Shown here: piece after piece, positions 14,412 to 25,619 of the stretch
How positions within the stretch are numbered: the first letter of the stretch is position 1
How the letters are laid out: every line of letters begins with the position of its first letter
NCBI RefSeq assembly: GCF_964204645.1
Contig: NC_134036.1
Location: forward strand, 8,682,230-8,746,229
Reading direction: 5' to 3'
Source: Tubulanus polymorphus
Taxonomy: Eukaryota > Animalia > Nemertea
Length of the DNA stretch: 64,000 nucleotides
The notes under the pieces: generated by a model
What the model saw: only the letters and a program-made list of their open reading frames with translations
Database searches by the model: none
What the model was told of the DNA's origin: nothing
Translations under genes and position numbers: made by a program

Positions 14412-15230
14412 AATGATGCAATCGTGAGTTGAAATAATACCTGAACAAATCGATGCACAGACATTTACTTTATATATCTACTTGAACAATCGAGCCTACT
14501 CAGTAATATACTCAGTTTTTACGAAACCTGGAGTTTTTGTTTCAGAGAAATTTGAGTATCAGTATCCGATGCTATATACTAACGTTAACGTTAGTTATCA
14601 TCGCTCCGTCATGCTAAGTTATACATTTCATGTCAACCAGTATCTACAGGCAGCTGTACAGTTTGTACACACTATATCTGAATACGAGGCTGGAATAGCA
14701 GGCTCACTTCACGTAGGTTCATGATGAGGAGAAACTCGCAGCTGATACCCGGAACGACGATGTAGTAACACTCGTCGATTCGTCGATGTTTACGGCTCGA
14801 CAGTGCTTTTAAAATCTAAAGTAGTAAATTTCCAGTGTATCGGTAATATGATTTGATGAGGAAAATGGGCTATTGTTAAATTCACTGTTTGAAGACCGCG
14901 ACTGAATTTGAAGTCTGCGGCAATAAATTAGTTCATTTATACTTGAATTGATAATCGAAGTGACAGTCGGCCTGCGGGTTGATTTCGGGATGACGACTCG
15001 AAAAACATGTCGCCCCATTGAATGGGGCTAAATTTTCGATGTTTACGGCCCGACAGCGCTTTTGTAACGATGATTCGTGAAAAAACACGCGGGCTATTTG
15101 TAGATCTCAGTGAGCTGAACGATATTATATGGATTGTATATGAAACAGCGGTAAGGTAACAAAGCCTATGTTCTTTTGGTGAAAATAGTGTGGAAGAAAT
15201 TAATAATAATAATAATCACGCGGATATCAA

Positions 15231-15319
15231 TAGGGTTTTCTGTGAAATAACAGAAAACCCTAATAATAAGAAACACGCGAATCTCAATAGGGTTTTCTGT
15301 GATGTAACAGAAAACCCTA
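15231..15319. repeat. Two tandem 32-nt hairpins (57-bp period)
   Basis: tagggttttctgt-N6-acagaaaacccta at 15231-15262 and 15288-15319. Confidence 0.85.
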
Positions 15320-15447
15320 ATAACCAAGGATATTGTGAATAACGAGAAGAGTAGTATCATATAGGTTATCTATTTATTTGACGAACGAGCTTCCACCATA
15401 AATGTATAGAAGCTTCAAAAGGTAAATGAGAAAAAATGGAAAACAAT

Positions 15448-15533
15448 GGAAAACAACAGTATTTATAATGGGAAAACAACAGTACTTATAATGGGAAAAC
15501 AACAGTATTTATAATGGGCAAACAACAGTATTT
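15448..15533. repeat. 23-bp minisatellite (~4 units)
   Basis: ggaaaacaacagtatttataatg repeated. Confidence 0.85.
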
Positions 15534-15610
15534 TTAGGCAGACTGTCACTAATTATTGAGAACTGAGTGAGAAGAGTAATTACAAATAAATTGATGATTG
15601 ACATGGCAAT

Positions 15611-16209
15611 AGTAATAGGGGTAATAGGCTTTCATACCAAAGGTCGAACGGTCGAGCCCATTAAAAAACAAAACATTAAAAGTAATTAAAAAACTATAAT
15701 ATATTTTCATAACCGCGTGCATTTTATATCAAAACTAAATATTTATTCTAAGATATCAATAATTTTAAATGCATATTGTATTAAATCAATTGGTCGCTCC
15801 ACTTCGCTACCACTCCGCTCCGCGACCAATTGATTTAATTACAATACACAAATTCAAATAATCAAATATATTCAAATGATAATAATTATTATATTATTCA
15901 ACTGAAATGCACGCGGTTATGAAAATATATTATAGTTTTTAATTACTTTTAATATATGTTATTAATGAACTCGATCATTAAACCTTTGATATGAAAGCCT
16001 ATTACCCCTATTACTCTTAAAATATTCACATAAATGAATAACATTTAAATCATTGAACTTTTAAAATCAATTTTAATAAAAAATATAGTATTAAAATGGA
16101 AGCAAATAAATACTACTGCCCAACATGTAATATCGATATAGATAAATCCCAAAAAGCAAGACACAATAAAACTAGAACACATTTAGAGAATAAATTGAAA
16201 CTAGAGTAT
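15611..16209 (+). repeat. Left TIR (contains a 405-bp internal palindrome, the PolB promoter and the first 38 PolB codons)
   Basis: Reverse complement of 33192-33790 (coordinate sum 49401), with about six substitutions seen by eye. Confidence 0.95.
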
Positions 16210-19200
16210 GAAGATGATATATTAGAAACTAAATTAGATGAATTAAAGAATGAAAAAGAAGCATACAAATGTGATACATGTAATCAATCATTCAGTGATA
16301 AAAGATATTATAAAGAACATTTAAAATCTATAAGTCATATTAGAAATAAGAATAATGATATTTTAGGTGAAGATTATTTTGATAATGATAATGATAAGAA
16401 ACAGAAGACAATTAAAAGAATAAAAAATAAATTAAACAATAAAAGACCATATATGGAAGATGTAAGAAATTATATTAATTCATTAGATAATAAAAAAGAT
16501 ATAGAGATAACCGAAGCATTTAAAAGTGATATTGGTCCAGCAGCTATTGAGTTTAAATTTCATAAAGGAAAAACAATAGAAGAAAATAAAAAACATTTAG
16601 AAAATATGAAAGAAATAATAAAAATAATTACAGATGTTGAATATCCAAAAATTAGTATATCAGTTAAAGTTAAATTTATAAAATCTGAAGATAAACCAAT
16701 ATATAATATGAATTCTCATTCACAACATATTATATCTAAACAACATATAGATGATAAATTAAATAAATGTTATAATGAAATAAAAAGTAAAATAGAAGAG
16801 AAATATTTTGAAGGATCTGGTTTAATATTAGATGAGATAATATTTATAACTTTACATGTTTATAACACAAAATATAATAAGTTAACTAAATCAAAACCAA
16901 TTGATGAAAATAATTTATCATATTATAAAGAACCAGATATTGAAGCATCGAGTTATATTAAACTACCATTTAAAACTAATGCTGTAATAAATATACAAAA
17001 TGAAGATGATAAATGTTTTCTATGGGCTATAATAAGTTGTTTACATCCAACAGAAGATATTACACATAGTTTTAGATTAACTCATTATAAACCATTTGAA
17101 AGTAATTATAAGATAGATAAGTATCCTGTTAGAATTAAAAATATCCCAAAAATAGAAAGAGATAATAATTTAAAGATAAATGTATTTGATTTAATCAAAT
17201 TACCAAATACAAAAGGTAACAACATAAAACATTATACATTAGAACCTTTATACCTATCAAAAGATTATGATTCAAATGATGTTATAGATATACTATATTA
17301 TGAGAATCATTATATGTGGATTAAACAAATAGATTTATTTTTTAGAACAGAAAGTGATCACCATAATAAAATATATCTATGTCGAAAATGTTTACATAAA
17401 TTTAGTAATGAAAGTACATTATTAAATCATAAACAACTATGTGATAATCATGATTATTGTAAATTAGTTTTACCAAATGAAAAAGATAAAATATTAGAAT
17501 TGAAAAAATATGATTACAAAAATAAAGTACCATTTGTAATATATGGAGATTTTGAATCATTAAATAAAGAATTAACAGATAAAGATAGAAAAGATATATA
17601 TTATAAAAGAAAGAAATTAAATTCTAATGAAAATGATTTTTCAGACCCGCCAAAAACAAATACTATTAAAAAAATTCATCAAAGTGCTGCAGCTTTCGGG
17701 TTATATATTAAATCTAATTATCCAGAACTAATTGAAAGTGAATATTATAATTACAGAAATGAAAATGTTATCAATCATTTTTGTGACTTATTAATTGAAT
17801 ATGAAATAAGATTTAGTAAATTATTAAATACAAATATAGAAATTATAATGACAGAAGAAGATAAAGAAGAATTTGAGTTTGCAGATAAATGTTATTATTG
17901 TGAAAAGATATTTAATTTTAGAGATAAAAAAGTAAGAGACCATGATCATTTGAATGGAAAGTTTAGAGGCGCTGCACATGAGAATTGTAATTTGGAAGCA
18001 AAGAAAATTAACTTTGTACCAGTTATATTTCACAATTTATCGGGGTATGACGCGCATTTATTTATCAAACAGTTATGTCATAAAATAGAAAAAATCAATA
18101 ATGAAATAGAAATATTAAATTCAAATAGATCAAAAGATAAAATACCAACTTATAAATTTAGAATGTTAGCTAAAACATCTGAGAATTATATATCATTCCA
18201 ATTTGGTTGCCTAAGATTTATAGATTCATATAGATTTTTAAATAGTTCATTAGATAACTTATCAAAATCATTAGTTGATGATGAATTAAAGATATTAAAA
18301 GAATATTACCCAAATAATGATGATTTTCAATTAATGAGATATAAAGGAGCAATTCCATATTCTTTCTATAAAAATCATAATGATTTTAAAATAACTGAAT
18401 TATTGAAAGAACAATTTTATGATGAATTAAAAAATGAATATGTTAAAGATGAAGTCTATAATAGAACATTGAATATTTGGAATCATTTCAAAATAAATCA
18501 TGGGCAATTAGTAGATTTATATTTAAAATCAGATGTATTATTATTAACCGATATATTCGAAAGGTTTAGAGATGTAAACCTAAAATATTTTAATATTGAT
18601 CCATGTCATTGTTATTCTAGTCCAGGTTTAACATGGGATTGTGGATTAAAATTTACAGATATAAAAATGGATTTGTTAACAAATATAGATCAATTACTAT
18701 TATTTGAAAAATCTATAAGAGGAGGTGTTTCAGGTGTATTGGGTGATAGATATTTCAATGTAAATGATAATCCTGGATATAAATTATTATACATAGATGC
18801 AAATAATCTTTATAGTTGGGCAATGATGGAACCACAACCTTATGGGATGTTGAAATAACTGAAGTTTTACAAATTGATAAATTTGATTGGAAGAAAAGAA
18901 TCCTAGATATTGCAGATGATTCAGATATTGGTTACTTCTTCGTTGTAGATTTAGAATACCCCGAAAATATTAAATTCAAATCTAGAAATCTAGCATATTG
19001 TCCCGAACATAAAACTGTTAAACATGAAGAATTATCAAATTATCAAAAAAGAATTAAACCCGATAATCATATTCATACAGAAAAGTTAATGGTAACTCAA
19101 GAAGATAAATATAATTATGTAGTACATTATAGAATGTTGAAGTTTTATTTGAGACAAGGAATGATTCTAAAAAAAGTACATAGATATATTTCATTTAGCC

Positions 19201-20120
19201 AATCTAAGTGGTTAGAAAAATATATAGATTTTAATACTACACAGAGAACTAAATCTAAAACTGATTTTGAGAAGGATTTCTTCAAACTAATGAACAATGC
19301 GTTCTATGGTAAGACTTGTGAAAATATTAGAAATAGAAATGATATTGAGTTAGTTAGTAATGGTAAAAGGATAAGGCATTTACAATCATATCCTAAGTTT
19401 ATAGGTAACAGAATATTTGATGAAAATTTAGCTGCAGTTAAGATGAGAAGAACTTCAATGAAATTTAATAAACCGATTTATGTTGGAGCTGCAGTTTTAG
19501 AATTATCAAAGTTATTAATGTATAAATTTTACTATAACGTATTACAACCTCATTTTGGAGAAAAACACATAGAAATTCTATACTTTGATACTGACAGTTA
19601 CATATTAAAGATAAAAACTGATAACATTACAGATGATTTAAAAACATTAAAACACCATTTTGATTTTAGTAATTATCCAAAAAATCATGAATTGTTTAGC
19701 AATGATAATAAAAAAGTTCCAGGGAAGTTTAAGGATGAATTAGGTGGTGAAGAAATGATAGAGTTCATTGGTATTAGATCTAAAATGTATAGTTATAAAA
19801 CTAAAACTCGTGAATCAAAGAAATTGAAAGGAATTACTAAAAGTGTAGTAGAAAAGAATATCCATTTCAAAGATTACATCAATTGTATATTTAATGAAGA
19901 AGTTAGAAAACATAAGATGAAATGTTTAAGATCTGAAGATCATGAAATGTATATTGAAGAGATAGAGAAGATAAGTCTAAACCCATTTGATGATAAAAGA
20001 TATATTTTAGATGATGGAATCCACACAGTCGCCTATGGTTGCAATTTAGATGAATATATAAAATTCAAAAGAGAAGAAACAAAAGAAAATGAGATTATGA
20101 AAAGGATTCTAGCGTGTTAA
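16096..20120 (+). CDS. polB: Protein-primed family B DNA polymerase (pPolB), split by a 1-nt frameshift at ~18844
   Basis: Exo I YGDFES; Exo II FHNLSGYD; Pol motifs YIDANNLY, KLMNNAFYGK, YFDTDS; KxY (SKMY). N-terminal C2H2 fingers and an HNH/EndoVII-like insert RDHDHLNGKFRGAAHENCN. Adding one G to tatgggatg joins ORFs 16096-18858 and 18816-20120 as PYGDVEIT. Confidence 0.96.
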
Positions 20121-20148
20121 TCAATTTCAATAAAAATTTGTATAATAA

Positions 20149-20490
20149 ATGGAGAGTAAACAAGTACACAGTGAATTCTTAGATAGAATTAAAGATACTT
20201 CAAGCGTCAAATCAGTAGATTATAAATTTAAAAAACTAACTGAGTTAACAATTCACAAGAAATATTTAATTACTAACATTGAAACAATTACTAATAAATA
20301 TGGAGATAAATTTGTAATTCATTTAGAATATGAAGGATTAAAAGGAAATAAATATAAATTCAGAACTTATTTACCAGATAGATTTCATAGATTATCAAGT
20401 GAAGATTTAGAAGAATTATGTTCTGGAGATTTCTATTTCGTATACAAAGGTAAGAATGAAAAAGGGCACCATGAAATAGATTTCGAATAA
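20149..20490 (+). CDS. Hypothetical 113-aa protein, possible OB-fold ssDNA-binding protein
   Basis: Clean ORF with TAAATG start directly after PolB; beta-rich pattern (YLITNIETITNKYGDKFVIHLE...TYLPDRF). Fold is inferred only. Confidence 0.55.
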   Translation: MESKQVHSEFLDRIKDTSSVKSVDYKFKKLTELTIHKKYLITNIETITNKYGDKFVIHLEYEGLKGNKYKFRTYLPDRFHRLSSEDLEELCSGDFYFVYKGKNEKGHHEIDFE

Positions 20491-20507
20491 GAAAATATGT
20501 AAAATAA

Positions 20508-21263
20508 ATGGTAGAATTAAAAGAATACAGAATATTTGTAGATTCTAGAAGGCTTACAAATTATAAATCTCATAATTTACTAGTACAATTAGATAGAAAA
20601 TTTAAGAATTGTGTTGATCTAAAATTAGTAAATATAAGTTTATGTAATTCTTTTTATAATATATCGGATAAAACTTTTGAACATAGAGGGTTTATGATTT
20701 ATATGAGAAATAAAGATAAATGGTTTCATATATTTTTAAAACCAGGATTATATAATTTAGAATCATTAGCGCAGGAAATTAATAGAAGAGCTCGGTTGAA
20801 AATCGGGGGCACTTCTGTATTTGAAATTAAATTTAATAAAATTGATAGTACTAATAAAATTAGAATAAAGATATCTAATGAACAACATAAATTTATGGTA
20901 AACAAACCACTGGCTAAAATGTTAGGAATTAAACCGCTTACAGTTACTGGAAACGCAGAAGGCAGCTCAAATATAATACCTTTTACACACTTTTATATTT
21001 ATTGCAATTTAATCGAGCCTACAAAAACTTTCGAAGCAACTAAAGAAACAATTTGTAATTCTAGTATATTAAATATTTTACCATTAAAGAATGTTAAACA
21101 ATTTGGAACGCAAATAAATTATAATTTAGCTGAATGTGATTTCAAACCTTGTATTCCTCAATTTAATAATTTTAAATTAGAAATAAGAAATCACAATGGA
21201 TATCTAATTGATTTGAATAACTTTCCTGTAATTTATGAATTAGTTATAAGATGTAAAGAGTAA
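20508..21263 (+). CDS. Minor capsid protein (penton, single jelly-roll)
   Basis: IFVDS...LxxISLxNSFYNI...LKPGLYN...YIYCNLIE...LEIRNHNGYLIDLN pattern typical of Polinton/virophage pentons; 251 aa. Confidence 0.8.
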   Translation: MVELKEYRIFVDSRRLTNYKSHNLLVQLDRKFKNCVDLKLVNISLCNSFYNISDKTFEHRGFMIYMRNKDKWFHIFLKPGLYNLESLAQEINRRARLKIGGTSVFEIKFNKIDSTNKIRIKISNEQHKFMVNKPLAKMLGIKPLTVTGNAEGSSNIIPFTHFYIYCNLIEPTKTFEATKETICNSSILNILPLKNVKQFGTQINYNLAECDFKPCIPQFNNFKLEIRNHNGYLIDLNNFPVIYELVIRCKE

Positions 21264-21279
21264 TTTTTTCACTATATAA

Positions 21280-21642
21280 ATGAATATAACTGTTGGACCG
21301 AGTATATGTTTTGGGTTTGATTTTAAACGTGAGAAAGAAATGAAATTTAACATTAATGATGTAATAACACATATCAAAAATATTGCATTTTCTAATGAAA
21401 CAACATTTGAGTATGAAACAACAATTGATAAAGAAACTTTAAATGTAGAAAAGATTACTAATTTAATTAGAGAATCTTTAAGATTTTATGAATTAGATGA
21501 AGATTTTATCATCGATGATATTAAAAACATATTATCCAAAATATATGATAATCATAAAACTAGTAATAAAATAAATGTTGAATTAATCATAAATAAGTTA
21601 ACTAAATATTTTGAAGATAGTAATTTTTTGATAAATAAATGA
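21280..21642 (+). CDS. Hypothetical 120-aa protein
   Basis: TAAATG start; tightly packed in the gene block. Confidence 0.7.
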   Translation: MNITVGPSICFGFDFKREKEMKFNINDVITHIKNIAFSNETTFEYETTIDKETLNVEKITNLIRESLRFYELDEDFIIDDIKNILSKIYDNHKTSNKINVELIINKLTKYFEDSNFLINK

Positions 21643-21860
21643 GTGATAATAAGTGGATAATAACTGGATTATATAATGGCGCATTACTATCAGTTGGAAC
21701 TGTTGGTTATTCAATGGTATTAAAAAAAGTATTCAAAATGGGAAGTGTTAATGTTGATAGATTTGATATAAATGATATTTTGAAATTAACATTAGCGGTT
21801 ACTTTATCTAATTTAACTATTGATTATTTGGAAAAACAAAAATATATTCCTCCCATATAA
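21639..21860 (+). CDS. Small hydrophobic 73-aa protein
   Basis: TAAATG start overlapping the upstream stop; two moderately hydrophobic segments. Confidence 0.7.
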   Translation: MSDNKWIITGLYNGALLSVGTVGYSMVLKKVFKMGSVNVDRFDINDILKLTLAVTLSNLTIDYLEKQKYIPPI

Positions 21861-21885
21861 ATACATAATTTTTTTTGCTAAATAA

Positions 21886-22308
21886 ATGGCTTCTGCAATT
21901 ATAACTATTATAGGATCGGCAATTGTTAACGCTTTAGCATTTACTGGTGGTGGTTATTTATTTAAACATATTGATAAAAATAGTTCATTAGGAGAACAAA
22001 GAAGACATAACTTAGCGTTAGAGAAATACAATAAAGCTGCAGAAGAATATAGAGAAAAGAGACAAAACTATATGGATTACATCAATAAAGAATTATATGA
22101 TCAGAAGATTTCACATAGAGATTTTCAATCAGTTGATGATGCAATGAGTTTATATAACGCGGTAACAAATAAAGAAAAATTACATCTATACAAACCTAAA
22201 TTATCAGATTATTATACCCCAAGTAAAGAACAACAGAAATATGAAATAATTTGGATTTTAGGTGGAACAGTTATTGTTATATTTGTTGCTTATAAGTTTA
22301 CTAATTAG
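21886..22308 (+). CDS. 140-aa protein with N-terminal hydrophobic helix, coiled coil and C-terminal transmembrane (TM) helix
   Basis: MASAIITIIGSAIVNALAFTGGGYLF...EQRRHNLALEKY...IIWILGGTVIVIFVAY. Confidence 0.75.
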   Translation: MASAIITIIGSAIVNALAFTGGGYLFKHIDKNSSLGEQRRHNLALEKYNKAAEEYREKRQNYMDYINKELYDQKISHRDFQSVDDAMSLYNAVTNKEKLHLYKPKLSDYYTPSKEQQKYEIIWILGGTVIVIFVAYKFTN

Positions 22309-22327
22309 TAATTTTTATTCTAAATAA

Positions 22328-22762
22328 ATGGAAGATAAAGTTGATAGTATTGATATTATTCCTCATGATATAAATAAAACTAAATTAAAAACATATTTAG
22401 AAAAACAAATATTAGAATTTGAAAGTGACTTAAAGATAAAAAAGAAAAAATATTTAAAAAGTAAAATTATATATTATTTGATTATAAGTGGTTCGGTTAC
22501 AATTAGTTCTGTAATAACATTTTTAGCAATATTCAGTCCATTAACACCTTTAGCTATATCAATTGGTGTATTAGGATTAAGTTCAAGTGTTTTAACTGGT
22601 ATAAGTTCAAAATTAAATATAAAAAGTAATAAAGAAAAAATTAAAACTAATATAAAAGAAATTAATAAATTGAAGAATACACTAGATTATATAATAAGTT
22701 TAAATGGTCATATAACAGTTGAAGAACAAGATAAATTATTAAAAGAATTAATTAATTATTAA
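22328..22762 (+). CDS. 144-aa protein with two TM helices flanked by coiled coils
   Basis: IIYYLIISGSVTISSVITFLAIF and LAISIGVLGLSSSVLTGI. Confidence 0.75.
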   Translation: MEDKVDSIDIIPHDINKTKLKTYLEKQILEFESDLKIKKKKYLKSKIIYYLIISGSVTISSVITFLAIFSPLTPLAISIGVLGLSSSVLTGISSKLNIKSNKEKIKTNIKEINKLKNTLDYIISLNGHITVEEQDKLLKELINY

Positions 22763-22778
22763 TTTTTTAATTATATAA

Positions 22779-24080
22779 ATGGGGTTTCCAAAAGCTTTCC
22801 AATATAATAAATCAATTAAATATAATATTCCGGCAATAGATTTTAAGAAAAATATTACATATAAAAATGTAGTTTTAAATTCATTAACTAATTTAGAAAT
22901 TTATGTTAATGAATCACAGTTTTTTATTTCTAAAATGGAAAATATATTTAATACATATGAAGTTACTTTTACTCGAGATGAATATCATATATATAAAGTA
23001 AAATCTAATATGAAATATTGGCAGAATCAATTAAATTTTGCTGTTTATTGTGCAACAACAGGATGTGGAATTAGTTGGAATGATCATTTAAATAACTTAG
23101 ATAAAAATTTGAAGTATTCTGATTTAAAATTAATTCACACAATATTTAGATTTCACACATATTTTCAAATCAGAATAATATTAAATGAATTAGAATGTCC
23201 TTTACCCGGGTCTAAATATTTTAAAGAATTGGATAATAATATTAATATATCCAAGTTTTATAAAATATGTAATTAATTTAATATAAATATTAATTCCGAT
23301 TTCAGAGCGCATGGTAAATTGCAAGGTGTTGGTGAACAGTATGAAATAAAAAGAATTGATTATATGCATAGAATTGGAGCTTATCATAATTATAAAATTG
23401 ATAATAATAATGGTTGGGTTAATTTCATTTTAGAAAATGGTGAAGGTTTTACAAAATCAGGTATACAAAGAATAAATCAATCTATTAGAATTTATTTGAT
23501 ATGTATTTTAGGCGCTCAAGTTGAAACAAGATCCCCAATAATTGGAAATGATAACACTTCATTCGATGCGCAGAAACAGTTTAAAGTTTTATTTGAAGAT
23601 TCCATACATGATGATAAAAATAGATCGATTCCAGAAAACATTATAAGATATCAAAATTATTTAGATAAATCTCATGTAAGACTTAATTATTGTATAGGCC
23701 CTAATCTATTAATTATTTCTAATGATTTAGTATTGAAGATGGGAAATATAATTGGTTATAATAATCTAATTAAAACTGCAACAATAAATAATTCATTTGG
23801 ATTAAATGATATAAATAAAAAGATTATCACTGCTCCAAAATTAATGGAAGGTGAAAAAAATAAAAAACACATTCAATCAACAGAAACTAAAACTAAGAAT
23901 ATTAAATTAAATAATGATTCTAAAATAAAAGATTACAATACATCAGAAGATATAAAAACTGATAAAATTCAACATGATATAATTAAACTAAATGATGATA
24001 ATAAATCCCATGAAAATACTAAATTAGCTATAACTTCTATAGGAATTGTAATCGGAGGAATATTATATTTTAAATTTTAA
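22779..24080 (+). pseudogene. ~430-aa protein with C-terminal TM, interrupted by one in-frame stop (23274-23276)
   Basis: ORFs 22779-23276 and 23319-24080 share a frame; reads ICN*FNININSDFRAHGKLQG, consistent with GAA>TAA. Confidence 0.8.
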
Positions 24081-24096
24081 TTTTTTTATTATGTAA

Positions 24097-25547
24097 ATGG
24101 ATGTAGAAGGTGGAGAAGATATTCCAATGGATGACATGGGAAATGATAATGAAGGATATATTGATGATGAACCACAAACCGATTTTAATGAAACTAATAT
24201 TGATAATGATGATGAATCGGCATATAATTCTAATTTAACTACACCTCAATATATTGACAAGGCACGTTCAAAGATAAGTATTGAAAATGAAGTACCAGAA
24301 ATAACAGAAAAATAATACAATTATACAATTAATGAAATTATTCATGAATTTAAACCAATATTAAAAAAATCTGGTTTCAATATAACACATAAAGGTATGG
24401 ATAAATAAGCAAAAGATTTGAAATATTTAAATGGTGATTATTATTGGAAATTGAAAGGCGACTATTATTTTAAGATTTCAAATCTTAAAAGTAGCAGTAA
24501 TGATAAAATAATAATACAATCAACCGCTAATTTATTAGAACAATCTAGAATTAAGAAAATCAATAATGATGTTATAACTGATGTTACAAAAAAAGAAAGA
24601 ACTGTTAATTTTAAAGAATTTAAACAAAGAAATGCTAAATTTTTTGATATAATTAATGCAAATTTAAGACAAAAAAAATTCCTAAAGAAGTTATTAATTC
24701 CAAAACTAGTAAACCTAATTCAAGCGAAGTTCAAACTGAAAAACTTTTACCAAATGGATTACTTGATGCAACAGATCAACAATTAGAAGATTTAAATATA
24801 TTTTCTGATAAAGCAATTAGAGAAATTATTAGTATAAGACTTGCATCTAATAAAATTGCGCATGATAAAAGTATAAGAGATTTTAAAATTAGAACTTTAG
24901 AAAAAGAATTAACTGATAAAAATAAAGAAATAGAACAATTAAAATTAGATAGAGAATTTAAAGTTATTGAAGAAATTGAATTTAAAAAAAGAAATGCATA
25001 TTTAGAAAAAGAAATTGATGATTTAGAATATAACATAGAATTTCAGAAAGAAAAAATGAAATTATTATTAAAATCATATGATTATTGTATTAATAGATTA
25101 AAAGTTGTTGTTAAAGAGTTAATACTAAAACCAAATTCTGACATATCACTAAAAGATAGAATAAAATTATTATTTAAGTTTGAAGGAATAACAATTCTTT
25201 CAATTCTAACAGCTGTAACTATGTTATTTACAACAATTGGTTTAGCAATATCAAATGCTTTAAAATCTACTCCTACTCCCAATAAACCAGATAAACCTCC
25301 AGGTAATAATTCTATACAAGATAAAGTTAAGGATGGTTTAAAGAAATTAGCAAAATATTTATGGGAACTATCAAAGAAATCTGCTGCAGCTTTACCAGGA
25401 GTTATTGCTTCAATTGTTGGTTTTATATTGAAATCTGCAGGTAATATTCTTAACTTTGCTGCTGAACATATTATTTTATTTTTAATTACAGTTGTAAGTG
25501 CTATTATTTTTGGTTTAGTAAACATGATATCAAAAAATATCAAGTAA
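24097..25547 (+). pseudogene. Acidic N-terminus / coiled-coil / multi-helix hydrophobic C-terminus protein, with 2 stops and 1 frameshift
   Basis: Stops at 24313 and 24406 in the frame of 24097/24418; shift in the A8 run near 24671-24678 into the 25056 frame; C-terminus GITILSILTAVTMLFTTIGLAI...LPGVIASIVGFIL...IILFLITVVSAIIFGLV. Confidence 0.75.
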
Positions 25548-25592
25548 ACCATGATATCAAAAAATATCAAGTAAACCATGATATCAAAAAAA
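25518..25592. repeat. ~28-bp tandem triplication spanning the stop codon
   Basis: gtaaac(c)atgatatcaaaaaatatcaa repeated ~3 times. Confidence 0.85.
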
Positions 25593-25619
25593 TAAATAAT
25601 TAATTTTTTTGTTAAATAA

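Noticed and set aside
11479-14464. Long minus-strand ORFs (up to 356 aa)
   Set aside because: Open in all frames because the satellite lacks stops on that strand; translations are just the repeat unit.
18816-18858. Programmed ribosomal frameshift in PolB
   Set aside because: No slippery heptamer; the break lies just after polymerase motif A and a single G restores the frame.
24776-25579. Minus-strand ORFs 24776-25036 and 25082-25579 (also 17824-18033, 26962-27195, 31604-31822)
   Set aside because: Antisense shadows of real viral genes; they lack the TAAATG start.
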